From assembly GCA_043804695.1 (NCBI GenBank), contig JAZDIV010000048.1:1-64000 (forward strand): a stretch of 64,000 nucleotides of DNA, read 5' to 3'. Origin of the DNA: PVC group bacterium. Lineage in GTDB: Bacteria > Auribacterota > Erginobacteria > Erginobacterales > Erginobacteraceae. Positions 19,732-29,985 of this stretch are shown here, piece after piece; the first letter of the stretch is position 1; each line of letters starts with the position of its first letter. A model generated the notes under the pieces. It saw nothing but the letters and a program-made list of their open reading frames with translations, ran no database searches and was not told where the DNA came from. A program made the position numbers and the translations under genes.

Positions 19732-22467
19732 TCACTTCCCCCGCTTCCTCCGGTGCCAGAGGAGAAGCACCGGGCTGGCGATATAGATGGACGAGTATGT
19801 CCCCACCACCACCCCCACCATCAGCGCGAACGCGAAATCTTTGATCACCGCGCCCCCGAAAAGAAAGAGGAAAATCACCACGATCAGGGTGGTGAGCGAA
19901 GTCAGGAGCGTCCTGTTCAGCACCTGATTGATGCTGGTATTGATGATCGTCTCATCCGATTCTCCCCGCATCTCTTTCATATTCTCCCGGATCCGGACAA
20001 AGACCACGATGGTGTCGTTCAGGGAATACCCCACGATGGTGAGGAGGGCGGCGATAATCGGGATACTGAACTCCCGGATCGGGAGCAGGAAGAATCCCGA
20101 CAGGAAACCGACCGTGATGATAACATCGTGAACGAGGGCCAGAACCGCTCCCAGCGCGAACTTGAACTCATTAAACCTGAACCAGATATAGGCCCCGATC
20201 GCCAGGAAGGCCAGGATAATCGCCCCCAGCGCCTGGGTTCTCAGCCGGCTCCCCACTTTCGGCCCCACCATCTCGGTGCGCTGCTCGTAGGTTTCAGGAT
20301 CGAGAAGGGAGGGGAGCGCTTTCTTGATCGCGTCATCGATCTGCTGGGAAGAAGGCACGGAAGCCCGGATGATGACCCCCCTCCCTTCTCCGTACTGCTG
20401 GACCGAACTGCTTTCCAGGCCGATCCCGTTCAGGATCTCCCGGATTTTCACCGCCGGCACTTCCTCCGTGAACTGGCGCTGGATCAGAATCCCCCCGCTG
20501 AAATCGATGCCGAAGTTTTTCTCGCCGTTATAGATAAAGACGAGGATACTCCCGATCATCAGAATTCCGGAAATCAGGAATGCCGTCCGGAGTTTGCTGA
20601 TGAAAGCGAAGTTCGGGTTCTTAAACATCTGGAACATCTTGAGATCGGTAAACCGCGGGCTCAGGCAGAAGAGGTCGAAAACGACCCGGGTCACCACCAG
20701 GGCGGTGAACATGCTGGCGCAGATGCCGACCGACAGCGTCAAAGCGAACCCCTTGATCGGGCCCGACATGGGAAGGAAACTGAACCCCAGCGGGTTCAAA
20801 AGGACCAGGGCGGCGATCAGAGTCGTGAGGTTGGCGTCGAAAATCGTCAGAAACACCTTCTCATACCCGGCGGAGATGGCGCGCCGGATTCTCTTCCCGG
20901 CGGCCAGTTCCTCCCGGATCCTCTCAAAGATGAGAATGTTGGCGTCCACCGCCATTCCGATGGTCAGAATGATCCCGGCGATCCCGGGGAGGGTTAACGT
21001 CGCTTTGAAGCCTTTGAAGAGGAACGGCAGCAGGCAGAGGACCCCGATGATGAAACCGACATTCAGGCAGAGAGCGAAATCGGCCACCAGACCCGCGACC
21101 AGGTAATAGATGGCCATGAAGACAATGACGATGATCAGTCCGGCCAGGGCGGCTTTGATTCCCTGCCGGATGGAGTCTTCTCCCAGCGACGGGCCGACCG
21201 AGCGCTGCTCCTTGATCATCAGCGGGGCCGGGTAGGCTCCGGCGGAAAGCTGGCTGGCCAGGAGCTTGGCGGAGTCAAGGTCAAAGTTGCCCTCGATGTA
21301 TCCCTCCCCGCGCGGGATGTGGGTCCGGATCATCGGGGCCGAGAGAACATTGCCGTCAAGGATCATGGCCAGACGGCGGCCGGGAGGATTGTCATCCGCG
21401 TTGTACTGCTTGGTAATCCGCGAGAAGATCCGCGCTCCCTTGCGGTCGAACTTGAAATGAACGATCGGCTCGCCCGTTCCCCCTTTCGTCCCGAAATAAG
21501 CGGTGACCAGGCTTTCGCCGTTCAACTCGCTCTTGTCGACCAGGAGCAGGCTCTCCTCGCCAACCGTGCCGTCGGGGTTCACCTTCCCGTAGGTCTTCAG
21601 CGTGAAGCCGGGCGGGGCTTCGCCGTCCGCGATCGCCTTTTCCAGGCGTTTCTCATCGTCGTCAACCAGCTTGAATTCTAAAAATGCCTGGCCCTGAATC
21701 AGCTCCAGGGTCTGCTCCGGGTCCCTGACCCCGGGCAGCTGGATCAGGAGCTCGTTCCGGCCCTGCTTCTGGATCTCCGGCTCGGAGACGCCGAACTTGT
21801 CGACCCGGTTCCGGAGTATTTCCAGGGATCCCAGGTTGGCGGCCTGAATCTCCCGGGCGAAGTTGTCGAAAACCTGCTCGTTGTTCTCAATCTCATCTGC
21901 CTGAAGATCGTATTTATCCTGATAATGCTGCTGATAATACCTGGCCAGGCTGATACCCCGCTTTTTAACTGCTTCTTTCAAAACGTCCAGGGGTTCCCTG
22001 ACCGAGCCGGCGGCCTGTTCTTCAACAGTATCCATCAGGGCGGTGAAATCTTCGTCGACGTTGTCGGCCCCTTTCCGGATCAGCGCCAGCTCATCCACCG
22101 ACAGGATGACGTGCATCCCCCCGCGCAGATCAAGCCCCAGGTTCAGGTGTCCCTTGGTTTTCCGTTCGATCCGCTTGATGGCTTCCTTGTTATCCTCGCT
22201 TTCCGGGAAGTATCTGGTCAGGTCGATCCCGGAAGCCCGGACTTCCTTTTTCAAAAGCTCGATCCCGGAGATGGGGATCTTGCGTTCTTCCATCCCGTAC
22301 TCGCGGTCCATCGCCTGGAGCAGCCGCTGAAACGCCTCATCCTGGTTAACCGCTTCCTTCTTCAGATACTCCCGAACGTTCAGCTCGGTCAGCGGGAAGG
22401 AAATCACGGCCAGGAGGGCGACAACCCCCAGGATAACCAGGATCTTCCATCTCAGCCCTTTTGACAT
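19732..22467 (-). CDS. secDF: Protein translocase subunit SecDF (fused)
   Basis: LGLDLRGG, VGPSLG, GMAVDANILIFERIREE, GIDFSGG, GYSLNDTIVVF. Confidence 0.96.
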   Translation of the reverse strand: MSKGLRWKILVILGVVALLAVISFPLTELNVREYLKKEAVNQDEAFQRLLQAMDREYGMEERKIPISGIELLKKEVRASGIDLTRYFPESEDNKEAIKRIERKTKGHLNLGLDLRGGMHVILSVDELALIRKGADNVDEDFTALMDTVEEQAAGSVREPLDVLKEAVKKRGISLARYYQQHYQDKYDLQADEIENNEQVFDNFAREIQAANLGSLEILRNRVDKFGVSEPEIQKQGRNELLIQLPGVRDPEQTLELIQGQAFLEFKLVDDDEKRLEKAIADGEAPPGFTLKTYGKVNPDGTVGEESLLLVDKSELNGESLVTAYFGTKGGTGEPIVHFKFDRKGARIFSRITKQYNADDNPPGRRLAMILDGNVLSAPMIRTHIPRGEGYIEGNFDLDSAKLLASQLSAGAYPAPLMIKEQRSVGPSLGEDSIRQGIKAALAGLIIVIVFMAIYYLVAGLVADFALCLNVGFIIGVLCLLPFLFKGFKATLTLPGIAGIILTIGMAVDANILIFERIREELAAGKRIRRAISAGYEKVFLTIFDANLTTLIAALVLLNPLGFSFLPMSGPIKGFALTLSVGICASMFTALVVTRVVFDLFCLSPRFTDLKMFQMFKNPNFAFISKLRTAFLISGILMIGSILVFIYNGEKNFGIDFSGGILIQRQFTEEVPAVKIREILNGIGLESSSVQQYGEGRGVIIRASVPSSQQIDDAIKKALPSLLDPETYEQRTEMVGPKVGSRLRTQALGAIILAFLAIGAYIWFRFNEFKFALGAVLALVHDVIITVGFLSGFFLLPIREFSIPIIAALLTIVGYSLNDTIVVFVRIRENMKEMRGESDETIINTSINQVLNRTLLTSLTTLIVVIFLFLFGGAVIKDFAFALMVGVVVGTYSSIYIASPVLLLWHRRKRGK

Positions 22468-22473
22468 TATAAA

Positions 22474-22830
22474 TTAACTCCCTTCGGGTTTTCTTTCCAC
22501 GGCGGAGACATTGCTGCGGTTGACCTCCAGCTTCACATTATCGGCCACCTTGACGATGATCGTCTTTTCCTTCACGCTGCTGATGACCCCGTGAATGCCC
22601 CCCGTGGTCACCACCAGGTCTCCTTTCTGGAGTTCCGAGACCAGCTTCTGATGCTCTTTCTGCCGCTTCTGCTGGGGACGGATCAGGAGGAAATAAAAAA
22701 CGGCAAACATCAATATCAGGGGAATCAGCATCCCCCCCAGTCCGCCTTTCCCCCCTTCACCCTGCTGGCATCCCATGCCGCCGCCTTCGCCGCCTCCCGG
22801 CGCCATCGCGATTGGTATATACTGCATCAT
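22474..22830 (-). CDS. yajC: Preprotein translocase subunit YajC
   Basis: FYFLLIRPQQKRQKEH, VVTTGGIHG. Confidence 0.96.
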   Translation of the reverse strand: MMQYIPIAMAPGGGEGGGMGCQQGEGGKGGLGGMLIPLILMFAVFYFLLIRPQQKRQKEHQKLVSELQKGDLVVTTGGIHGVISSVKEKTIIVKVADNVKLEVNRSNVSAVERKPEGS

Positions 22831-22933
22831 TGACCTCCTTTCAATATTTTTTCCTTGTTCTTGTATTCCTGTTTAACAGGTAAAGGCGTCGATAGTACTA
22901 CAACCACCCGGTCAGCGCAACCCACAACCGTTC

Positions 22934-24109
<1,176 letters not shown>

Positions 24110-24136
24110 TCAAGAAAAACAAAGATTTATAAAATA

Positions 24137-25174
24137 TTAAATTATCAGCATGGCATCGCCGTAACTGTAGAAACGATACTTCTCCCTGATCGCCTCCCGG
24201 TACGCCTCCATGATTGTCTCTCTCCCAGCCAGGGCAGAAACCAGCATGAGCAATGTTGAGCGGGGGAGGTGGAAGTTGGTGATCAGGTTGAAATCATTCC
24301 TGAAACGGTAGCCGGGGTAGATGAAGATACCGGTTGCGGCCGCCCCGTGTTCCACCCTCCCGTCCTCCCGGGTGCCGCTCTCCAGGGCACGCACGGTCGT
24401 GGTGCCCACCACCCAGAAACGTCCCCGGCGGGAGTTGATCCGGTCCGCGGTCTCCAGGCTTATCTCATAATACTCTTCATGCATCCGGTGCTCTTCCACC
24501 AGGTCGGCCTTGACTGGCTGGAAGGTGCCGTAGCCCACGTAGAGCGTCAGACAGACGATTTCCACGCCCTTATTCCTGATTCCATCCAGGAGTTCCTCAG
24601 TAAAATGGAGCCCGGCGGTCGGAGCGGCGACAGCGCCGGGTCGATGGGAGAAGACCGTCTGGTATCTCTCCCGGTCCATCCGGCGCATTTCCTCCGGATA
24701 GTTTTCCGGGTCACGTTTGATATACGGCGGCAGCGGCGGCAGCCCGATCTTTTCAACGGCTTCGAGAACGCTGCCGGCCCCGGGAAAATCGATAACGACC
24801 ATCCCTCCCGACCGCTCCCGGATCACGCCGACGATCCCTTCTCCGAAATCGATCTCCGTCCCCGGCCGGGACCGACGGGCGGGTCTGATCAGGGCGTTCC
24901 ATCCGCTTTCATCCGCCGGCTGCAGGAGCAGGACCTCCACCCTCCCCCCCGTGGGGATTCTCCGGCCGTAGAGCCGGGCGGGGATGACGCGGGCATTATT
25001 GAGAACCAGCAGATCCCCCTTGGAAAAATATTCCAGAAGGTCGGGGAATTGACGATGCTCAACCCCGCCGGTCTTTCGATTCAAGACCATCAGGCGAGCA
25101 TCTTCTCTCTTCCCGGGAGGATGCTGGGCGATGAGTTCGGTGGGAAAATCGTAATCGAAATCAGCTGTCTTCAT
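24137..25174 (-). CDS. queA: SAM:tRNA ribosyltransferase-isomerase
   Basis: LIAQHP, PLPPYI, AAPTAGLHF, TNFHLPRSTL, YRFYSYGDAM. Confidence 0.97.
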   Translation of the reverse strand: MKTADFDYDFPTELIAQHPPGKREDARLMVLNRKTGGVEHRQFPDLLEYFSKGDLLVLNNARVIPARLYGRRIPTGGRVEVLLLQPADESGWNALIRPARRSRPGTEIDFGEGIVGVIRERSGGMVVIDFPGAGSVLEAVEKIGLPPLPPYIKRDPENYPEEMRRMDRERYQTVFSHRPGAVAAPTAGLHFTEELLDGIRNKGVEIVCLTLYVGYGTFQPVKADLVEEHRMHEEYYEISLETADRINSRRGRFWVVGTTTVRALESGTREDGRVEHGAAATGIFIYPGYRFRNDFNLITNFHLPRSTLLMLVSALAGRETIMEAYREAIREKYRFYSYGDAMLII

Positions 25175-25719
25175 TGTTTTAAATTTTTCCCGGGAAATTT
25201 AAAACGCTCGTACTCGCTGTAGAGACATCCGCAGTACTGCTGCTTATAGAGACCATATCGCTCGGTCAGGTCCCAGTGCTCCTTCCATCCTTCCCGGAAA
25301 TCCCGGTAGAGGAATTCGATCCCTGTCTCCCGGGAAACGTCTTCGGCAATCTTCCTGGCCAGCTCATGCTTCTGCTGCTTGCTGATCAATAAAGTGGTTG
25401 TAAACGCATCGTACCGCCCCTTCCGGGCAACCGCGGTGGTCTGCCTCAGACGCAGATAATAACAGTAGCGGCAGCGGGCAGCCTCCCGGAAGGCCGTCAG
25501 GCGGAAGAACTCTTCCATATCGTAACGGGGGGCAAAGATTACCTTCACGCCCGTCTTCTCCGCGTACCCGCCGACGGCTTCTTTGCGCTTCAGATATTCC
25601 CGGTAAGGGTGAATGTTGGGGTTGTAGAAATAGCCGTCAACCTGATGCCCTTCTTCGGAGAGAATCTTGAATGGATAGGTGGCACAGGGCCCGCAGCAGA
25701 TGTGGAGTAAGATCCTCAT
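25171..25719 (-). CDS. queH: Epoxyqueuosine reductase QueH (DUF208)
   Basis: LLHICCGPC, YNPNIHP, RCRYCYYLRL, QQYCGCLYS; adjacent to queA/tgt. Confidence 0.92.
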   Translation of the reverse strand: MRILLHICCGPCATYPFKILSEEGHQVDGYFYNPNIHPYREYLKRKEAVGGYAEKTGVKVIFAPRYDMEEFFRLTAFREAARCRYCYYLRLRQTTAVARKGRYDAFTTTLLISKQQKHELARKIAEDVSRETGIEFLYRDFREGWKEHWDLTERYGLYKQQYCGCLYSEYERFKFPGKNLKQ

Positions 25720-25734
25720 AACATTAAAAAATGG

Positions 25735-26060
25735 AGATCAGATAATCAGTAGGGAGTTGATCAGGAAATACATAAGAAGGTTATCGGATGATCAGGAAAT
25801 CAGCAGGCAGATTATCGGGGTATTAAGGTTATCAGTCAGGGGGGCTCGCAATCTGATCACCTGATCTTCCGGTATCCCTTCCAAGGATATCAGATGATCA
25901 GGAAATCAGTAGGCAGATGATCAGGGTATAAGGTTATCAGGCAAGGGGGCCTCGCAATCTGATCACCTGATCCTCCGGTATCCCTCCCACTGATACCCTG
26001 ATCACCTGATATCCCTTCCTTAGGTATCCCTCCCACTGATATCATGTTTTCCTGATACGC
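25735..26060. repeat. Long ATCAG/CTGAT repeat tract with an internal ~90 bp duplication
   Basis: GATGATCAGGAAATCAG...CTCGCAATCTGATCACCTGATC..CCGGTATCCCT occurs twice. Confidence 0.75.
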
Positions 26061-26073
26061 TATCTTCCCCTCT

Positions 26074-27093
26074 TTACAACAACTCACCCTGAGAACCCCG
26101 GGGCAGTTTTATCTCCAGGTGGCGGTAGGCGAGAGGTGTGGCGCAGCGTCCGGTGCGGGTGCGCTTGAGGTAACCCTGCTGAATCAGGTACGGTTCGTAC
26201 ACTTCGGCCAGGGTGTCTCCTTCTTCGCCGATGGCAACGGCGATGGTCTCGATTCCGACCGGTCCCCCCTCAAACTTCCGGATGATCGTTTCCAGGATGC
26301 GCTTGTCCATCTCATCGAGGCCTTTCTCATCGACGTCCAGCATGCTGAGCGCCCGGTGGGCGATCTCCGGGGTGATCTTATTATCCGCCCTGACCTGGGC
26401 GTAATCTCTCCCCCGCTTGAGAAGGGAATTGGCGATCCGGGGCGTACCCCGCGAGCGACGGGCGATCTCCCAGGCGCCATCCCCGGTAATCTCGACCTGG
26501 AGAATACCGGCCGCGCGGAGCACTATCTCCTTCGGTTCTTCCGGCCGGTAAAAATCCAGCCGGTTGACCAGGCCGAAACGGTTCCGGAAAGGCGCCGTCA
26601 GCAGACCGTACCGGGTGGTCGCGCCAACGAGGGTGAAATGAGAGAGATTGAGACGCACCGAGCGGGCCGACGGGCCCTGATCGATCATGATATCGATCAC
26701 GAAATCCTCCATGGCCGGGTAGAGATATTCCTCCACGATATGGGTCAGGCGATGAATCTCGTCAATAAACAGGATATCCCCGGTCTTCAGATTGGTTAAA
26801 AGGCCCGCCAGGTCTCCCGGTTTTTCGATGGTGGGCCCCGAGGTGGTTTTGATATCACAATTCATCTCCGAGGCGATGATATAGGCAAGGGTGGTCTTGC
26901 CGAGTCCGGGCGGCCCGAAAAAGAGAAGATGATCCAGAGGTTCGTTCCGCCCCCGGGCGGCCTGGAGCGCGATCTGGAGCCGGTCCTTGATCTTTTCCTG
27001 CCCGGTGAACTGATCAAAGGCGGACGGCCGCAGCTGGCGATCGAGCGAGGCATCATGCTCTTTCAAGGTCTGATTGATAAACCGATCTGACAT
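26074..27093 (-). CDS. ruvB: Holliday junction helicase RuvB
   Basis: [30 protein letters not shown]. Confidence 0.97.
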   Translation of the reverse strand: MSDRFINQTLKEHDASLDRQLRPSAFDQFTGQEKIKDRLQIALQAARGRNEPLDHLLFFGPPGLGKTTLAYIIASEMNCDIKTTSGPTIEKPGDLAGLLTNLKTGDILFIDEIHRLTHIVEEYLYPAMEDFVIDIMIDQGPSARSVRLNLSHFTLVGATTRYGLLTAPFRNRFGLVNRLDFYRPEEPKEIVLRAAGILQVEITGDGAWEIARRSRGTPRIANSLLKRGRDYAQVRADNKITPEIAHRALSMLDVDEKGLDEMDKRILETIIRKFEGGPVGIETIAVAIGEEGDTLAEVYEPYLIQQGYLKRTRTGRCATPLAYRHLEIKLPRGSQGELL

Positions 27094-27205
27094 CGAATTT
27101 GGGATTTGTGATTTGTAATTTATTTGTTATTTGGAATTTGTGATTTGTAATTTATTCCCATTAATCGCATTAACGTATTAGTTAATAAGTATCAATCACT
27201 GTGTT

Positions 27206-27805
27206 CTATAAGTACTTGAGAGCCCCTTTTAACAACCTCTCCACCGGCCAATCCGGTTCAGAGCCGGCCAGCGCCCGGCTCAATGCCTGCTGAGCCGCCG
27301 ACTGCCGGTAACCGAGAGAGAGGAGCGCCCGCATCACGTCGGCGATTTTATCCTCGGCCCCCTCGAGGCCGGCCTTCCCCGCCGCTTTTCGGAGACGGGG
27401 GAGGAGTGTGATTTTATCCTTCAATTCGAGAATCAACCGTTCCGCGGTTTTTTTCCCGATTCCATGGATCGTAGAGAGGAGGTCAACGTCACCGGATACG
27501 ACCGCCGTCTGGAAGGCGGAGACCGTGATCCCGCCGAGCACTCCGAGAGCTACTTTCGGTCCTATTCTCGAAACACCGAGAAGCATTCTGAAGAGCTCCC
27601 TCTCCTCCCCGGTGGCGAAACCGTAAAGGGTTTGCTCATCTTCGCGAACGTACAGGTGGGTCAGAATGGTTAATTCCGTTTCGGGAACCGGGAGTCGTTC
27701 AAACGTGCTGACCGGGATGAGGAGGCGATAGCCGGTATTATTTACCTCCACAACGGCGTAATCAGGAGCCGAGCTGACCAGTGTGCCTTTCAGATACTCG
27801 ATCAT
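27206..27805 (-). CDS. ruvA: Holliday junction DNA-binding protein RuvA
   Basis: VRED..TLYGF, IGPKVAL, GIGKKTAERL. Confidence 0.96.
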   Translation of the reverse strand: MIEYLKGTLVSSAPDYAVVEVNNTGYRLLIPVSTFERLPVPETELTILTHLYVREDEQTLYGFATGEERELFRMLLGVSRIGPKVALGVLGGITVSAFQTAVVSGDVDLLSTIHGIGKKTAERLILELKDKITLLPRLRKAAGKAGLEGAEDKIADVMRALLSLGYRQSAAQQALSRALAGSEPDWPVERLLKGALKYL

Positions 27806-28150
27806 AAATAACTAAGCTCCGCAACTTTTTTGACAGGACGATTTGGGGACAGGACGATTACCCCCAACCTCACCCCCTTTTTAGCAGGACGATTATACGG
27901 CAGGACTATTAATTATAAGGGTTTTATTTTGTCTGAATTATTTATCCTTCATCGTACTGTCGATAAATCGTCCTGCTTATACTCAGGAGAACATTAAATA
28001 GTACACATGTCATTGCGAGGAACGAAGTGACGAAGCAATCTTAGCCAATTTAAAAACAAGAGATTGCTTCGCTCCGCTCGCAATGACCATCACAAAAGAT
28101 GTAATCTATTTAATGTTCTTCTTAGTAAGTCGATTATTTAAATTCCGAAC
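27806..28150. repeat. Divergent intergenic cassette (type F) with CAGGACGAT repeats, interrupted by a MITE
   Basis: Left end ATAACTAAGCTCCGCAACTT and right end ATTATTTAAATTCCGAAC resemble the shared cassette ends. Confidence 0.5.
27982..28125. mobile_element. MITE family 3 with internal RPE-like palindrome
   Basis: TIRs CTCAGGAGAACATTAAATAG / CTATTTAATGTTCTTCTTAG (18/20), flanked by TA. Confidence 0.78.
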
Positions 28151-28153
28151 ACC

Positions 28154-28654
28154 TTATTTTTCCGCAGGAAAAATAGTATCGTGAAAGTACGTAATCCCCA
28201 GGGCCAGGGCGTCCGAAACATCGAATGGAGTGGGGAGCGCATCCAGTTTCAGCAGGACCTGAACCATTTTCTGGACCTGTCTTTTATCAGCCGCGCCGTT
28301 CCCGACCACGGCTTTCTTTACCCGTCGGGCGGCATAGGTGGAGACCGGGATATCCCGCCGGGCCGCGGCCAGACTGCACACACCCCGTACCTCTCCCAGG
28401 GTTAATGTCGATCTGATGTTCTTATGATAAAAGACGTCTTCGAGAATAAATCTCCGGGGATGGTACCGCTCAATCAGTCCTTCTATTGCGGAGTGGATAC
28501 GGGCCAATTTTTCCGCCGAAGTCTTCAGCCCCTTGCCGGTAATTGTACCGGCAGCCAGGAGAATTATATCTTCGCCCCGTTTCTCGAGAACGCCATAGCC
28601 GGTCACATTGATTCCAGGGTCAACGGCGATGATGCGAAGGGCATTAGGGGTCAC
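28154..28654 (-). CDS. ruvC: Holliday junction resolvase RuvC
   Basis: AVDPG..TGYG, LEDVF, VKKAVVGNGAADK, DVSDALA. Confidence 0.95.
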   Translation of the reverse strand: MTPNALRIIAVDPGINVTGYGVLEKRGEDIILLAAGTITGKGLKTSAEKLARIHSAIEGLIERYHPRRFILEDVFYHKNIRSTLTLGEVRGVCSLAAARRDIPVSTYAARRVKKAVVGNGAADKRQVQKMVQVLLKLDALPTPFDVSDALALGITYFHDTIFPAEK

Positions 28655-28677
28655 GGTTTCTCCCTGAAGGTTTCCAT

Positions 28678-29424
28678 CTATTCCAACTCGGCAAGAATCT
28701 CCTCGGGGATATCACAGTTTGAATAGACATTCTGCACATCGTCATGCTCTTCCAGCTCTTCGAGAAGTCCGAGCACCCGGCGGGCGTCATTCCCCTTGAC
28801 GGGAACTTCATTGGTGGGGATCTCGGTGACCTCTCCGTGACTGATCTGATACCCGTTCTCCAGCAGAGTGCTCTTAACCGCTTCGAAGTCAGACGGATCG
28901 GTATAAATTTCGAAACCGTCTTCCTCGGCTTTGAAGTCTTCCACCCCCGCATCCAGGACCAGAGAGAACAGCGCTTCCTCATTGACGCCGGAGGCGCCCA
29001 CAGTGATAAAGCCTTTCTTCTCGAACAGATATGACACGCTTCCCGGGCCGGCAATGCTCCCCCCCTTTTTATCAAAGATGTGCCGGATCTCGGCGACGGT
29101 CCGGTTCTTGTTGTCGGTCAGCCCCCGGATCAGGATGGCAACGCCTCCCGGGCCGTATCCTTCATACGCGGTTTCTTCGTAACTGGCGCCGGGAAGCTCG
29201 CCGGTGCCTTTTTTAATGGCCCGTTCGATATTCTCCACCGGCATGTTGGCGTCACGAGCAGCCTGCACCACGGCCCGCAGCTGCGAATTGGCGTCGATCT
29301 CCCCGCCCCCGCGGCGGGCGGCCACGGTGATCTCTTTCACCAGCTTGCTGAAAAGCTTGCCGCGTTTCGCGTCCTTCGCTCCTTTCTTGTGCTTGATACT
29401 CGCCCACTTTGAATGACCGCTCAT
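28678..29424 (-). CDS. yebC: YebC/PmpR family protein
   Basis: MSGHSKWASIKHKK, YEGYGPGG, TDNKNRT, DDVQNVY. Confidence 0.97.
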   Translation of the reverse strand: MSGHSKWASIKHKKGAKDAKRGKLFSKLVKEITVAARRGGGEIDANSQLRAVVQAARDANMPVENIERAIKKGTGELPGASYEETAYEGYGPGGVAILIRGLTDNKNRTVAEIRHIFDKKGGSIAGPGSVSYLFEKKGFITVGASGVNEEALFSLVLDAGVEDFKAEEDGFEIYTDPSDFEAVKSTLLENGYQISHGEVTEIPTNEVPVKGNDARRVLGLLEELEEHDDVQNVYSNCDIPEEILAELE

Positions 29425-29531
29425 TTGTTCCTCCGGAACAGTTTTAAGTGTAAAGTTTAAAGTGTAAGGTGTAAAGAATTCGCTTCTCTTGGCATTTAGA
29501 CAGCAGCAGCAATCTTTACACTTTACACTTA

Positions 29532-29695
29532 TCAGTCAGTCCATAATTATATGGACATGTCATTGCGAGGAGCGAAGCGACGAAGCAATCTCAACCCCAT
29601 GCGCGGCAAGGGATTGCTTCGCGTAGTCTACCCCGATTTATCGGGGCTCGCAATGACCGCAATCGTTGATGTAATTACTATAACGGTCGGATTAA
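29532..29695. mobile_element. MITE family 1, reverse copy, inserted in a TTTACAC heptamer tract
   Basis: Reverse complement of 9196-9339; TA on both sides; removing it restores TTTACAC-TTTACAC-TTAACAC. Confidence 0.8.
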
Positions 29696-29985
29696 TAACA
29701 CTTAATACATCCACACATCGCACATCCCCCCTCCTCCCGCGCCGGCGCGGGAGGAGGGGAGTGGTTTAGGAGAGATAGCAAAATAGTCACCAGTCATATC
29801 TCCCTCGACGCAGGGTCGTTGGTGGATAAAAAAAATTTCAAAGAACTAAAGTGTTACCAATAATCCAGATATCGCGGCTTTCGGTGTTACTGTTTTGGAT
29901 TTGGAATTTTGGTCATTTGAAATTATTTTAGGATTTAGATATTATGATTTAGGATTTTAAAGCTTACGAGCTTGGCGAGCAAGCT

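Noticed and set aside
19753..20997. Long antisense ORFs (also 2817-3905, 6300-7484, 7609-8937, 17899-19068, 52056-53324 and others)
   Set aside because: Shadow frames of well-supported genes in GC-rich DNA, with no recognisable motifs.
29775..29805. ZTP riboswitch (TGACTGGTGA on the - strand)
   Set aside because: The P2 stem and 3' CGCCTGGGC element are absent.
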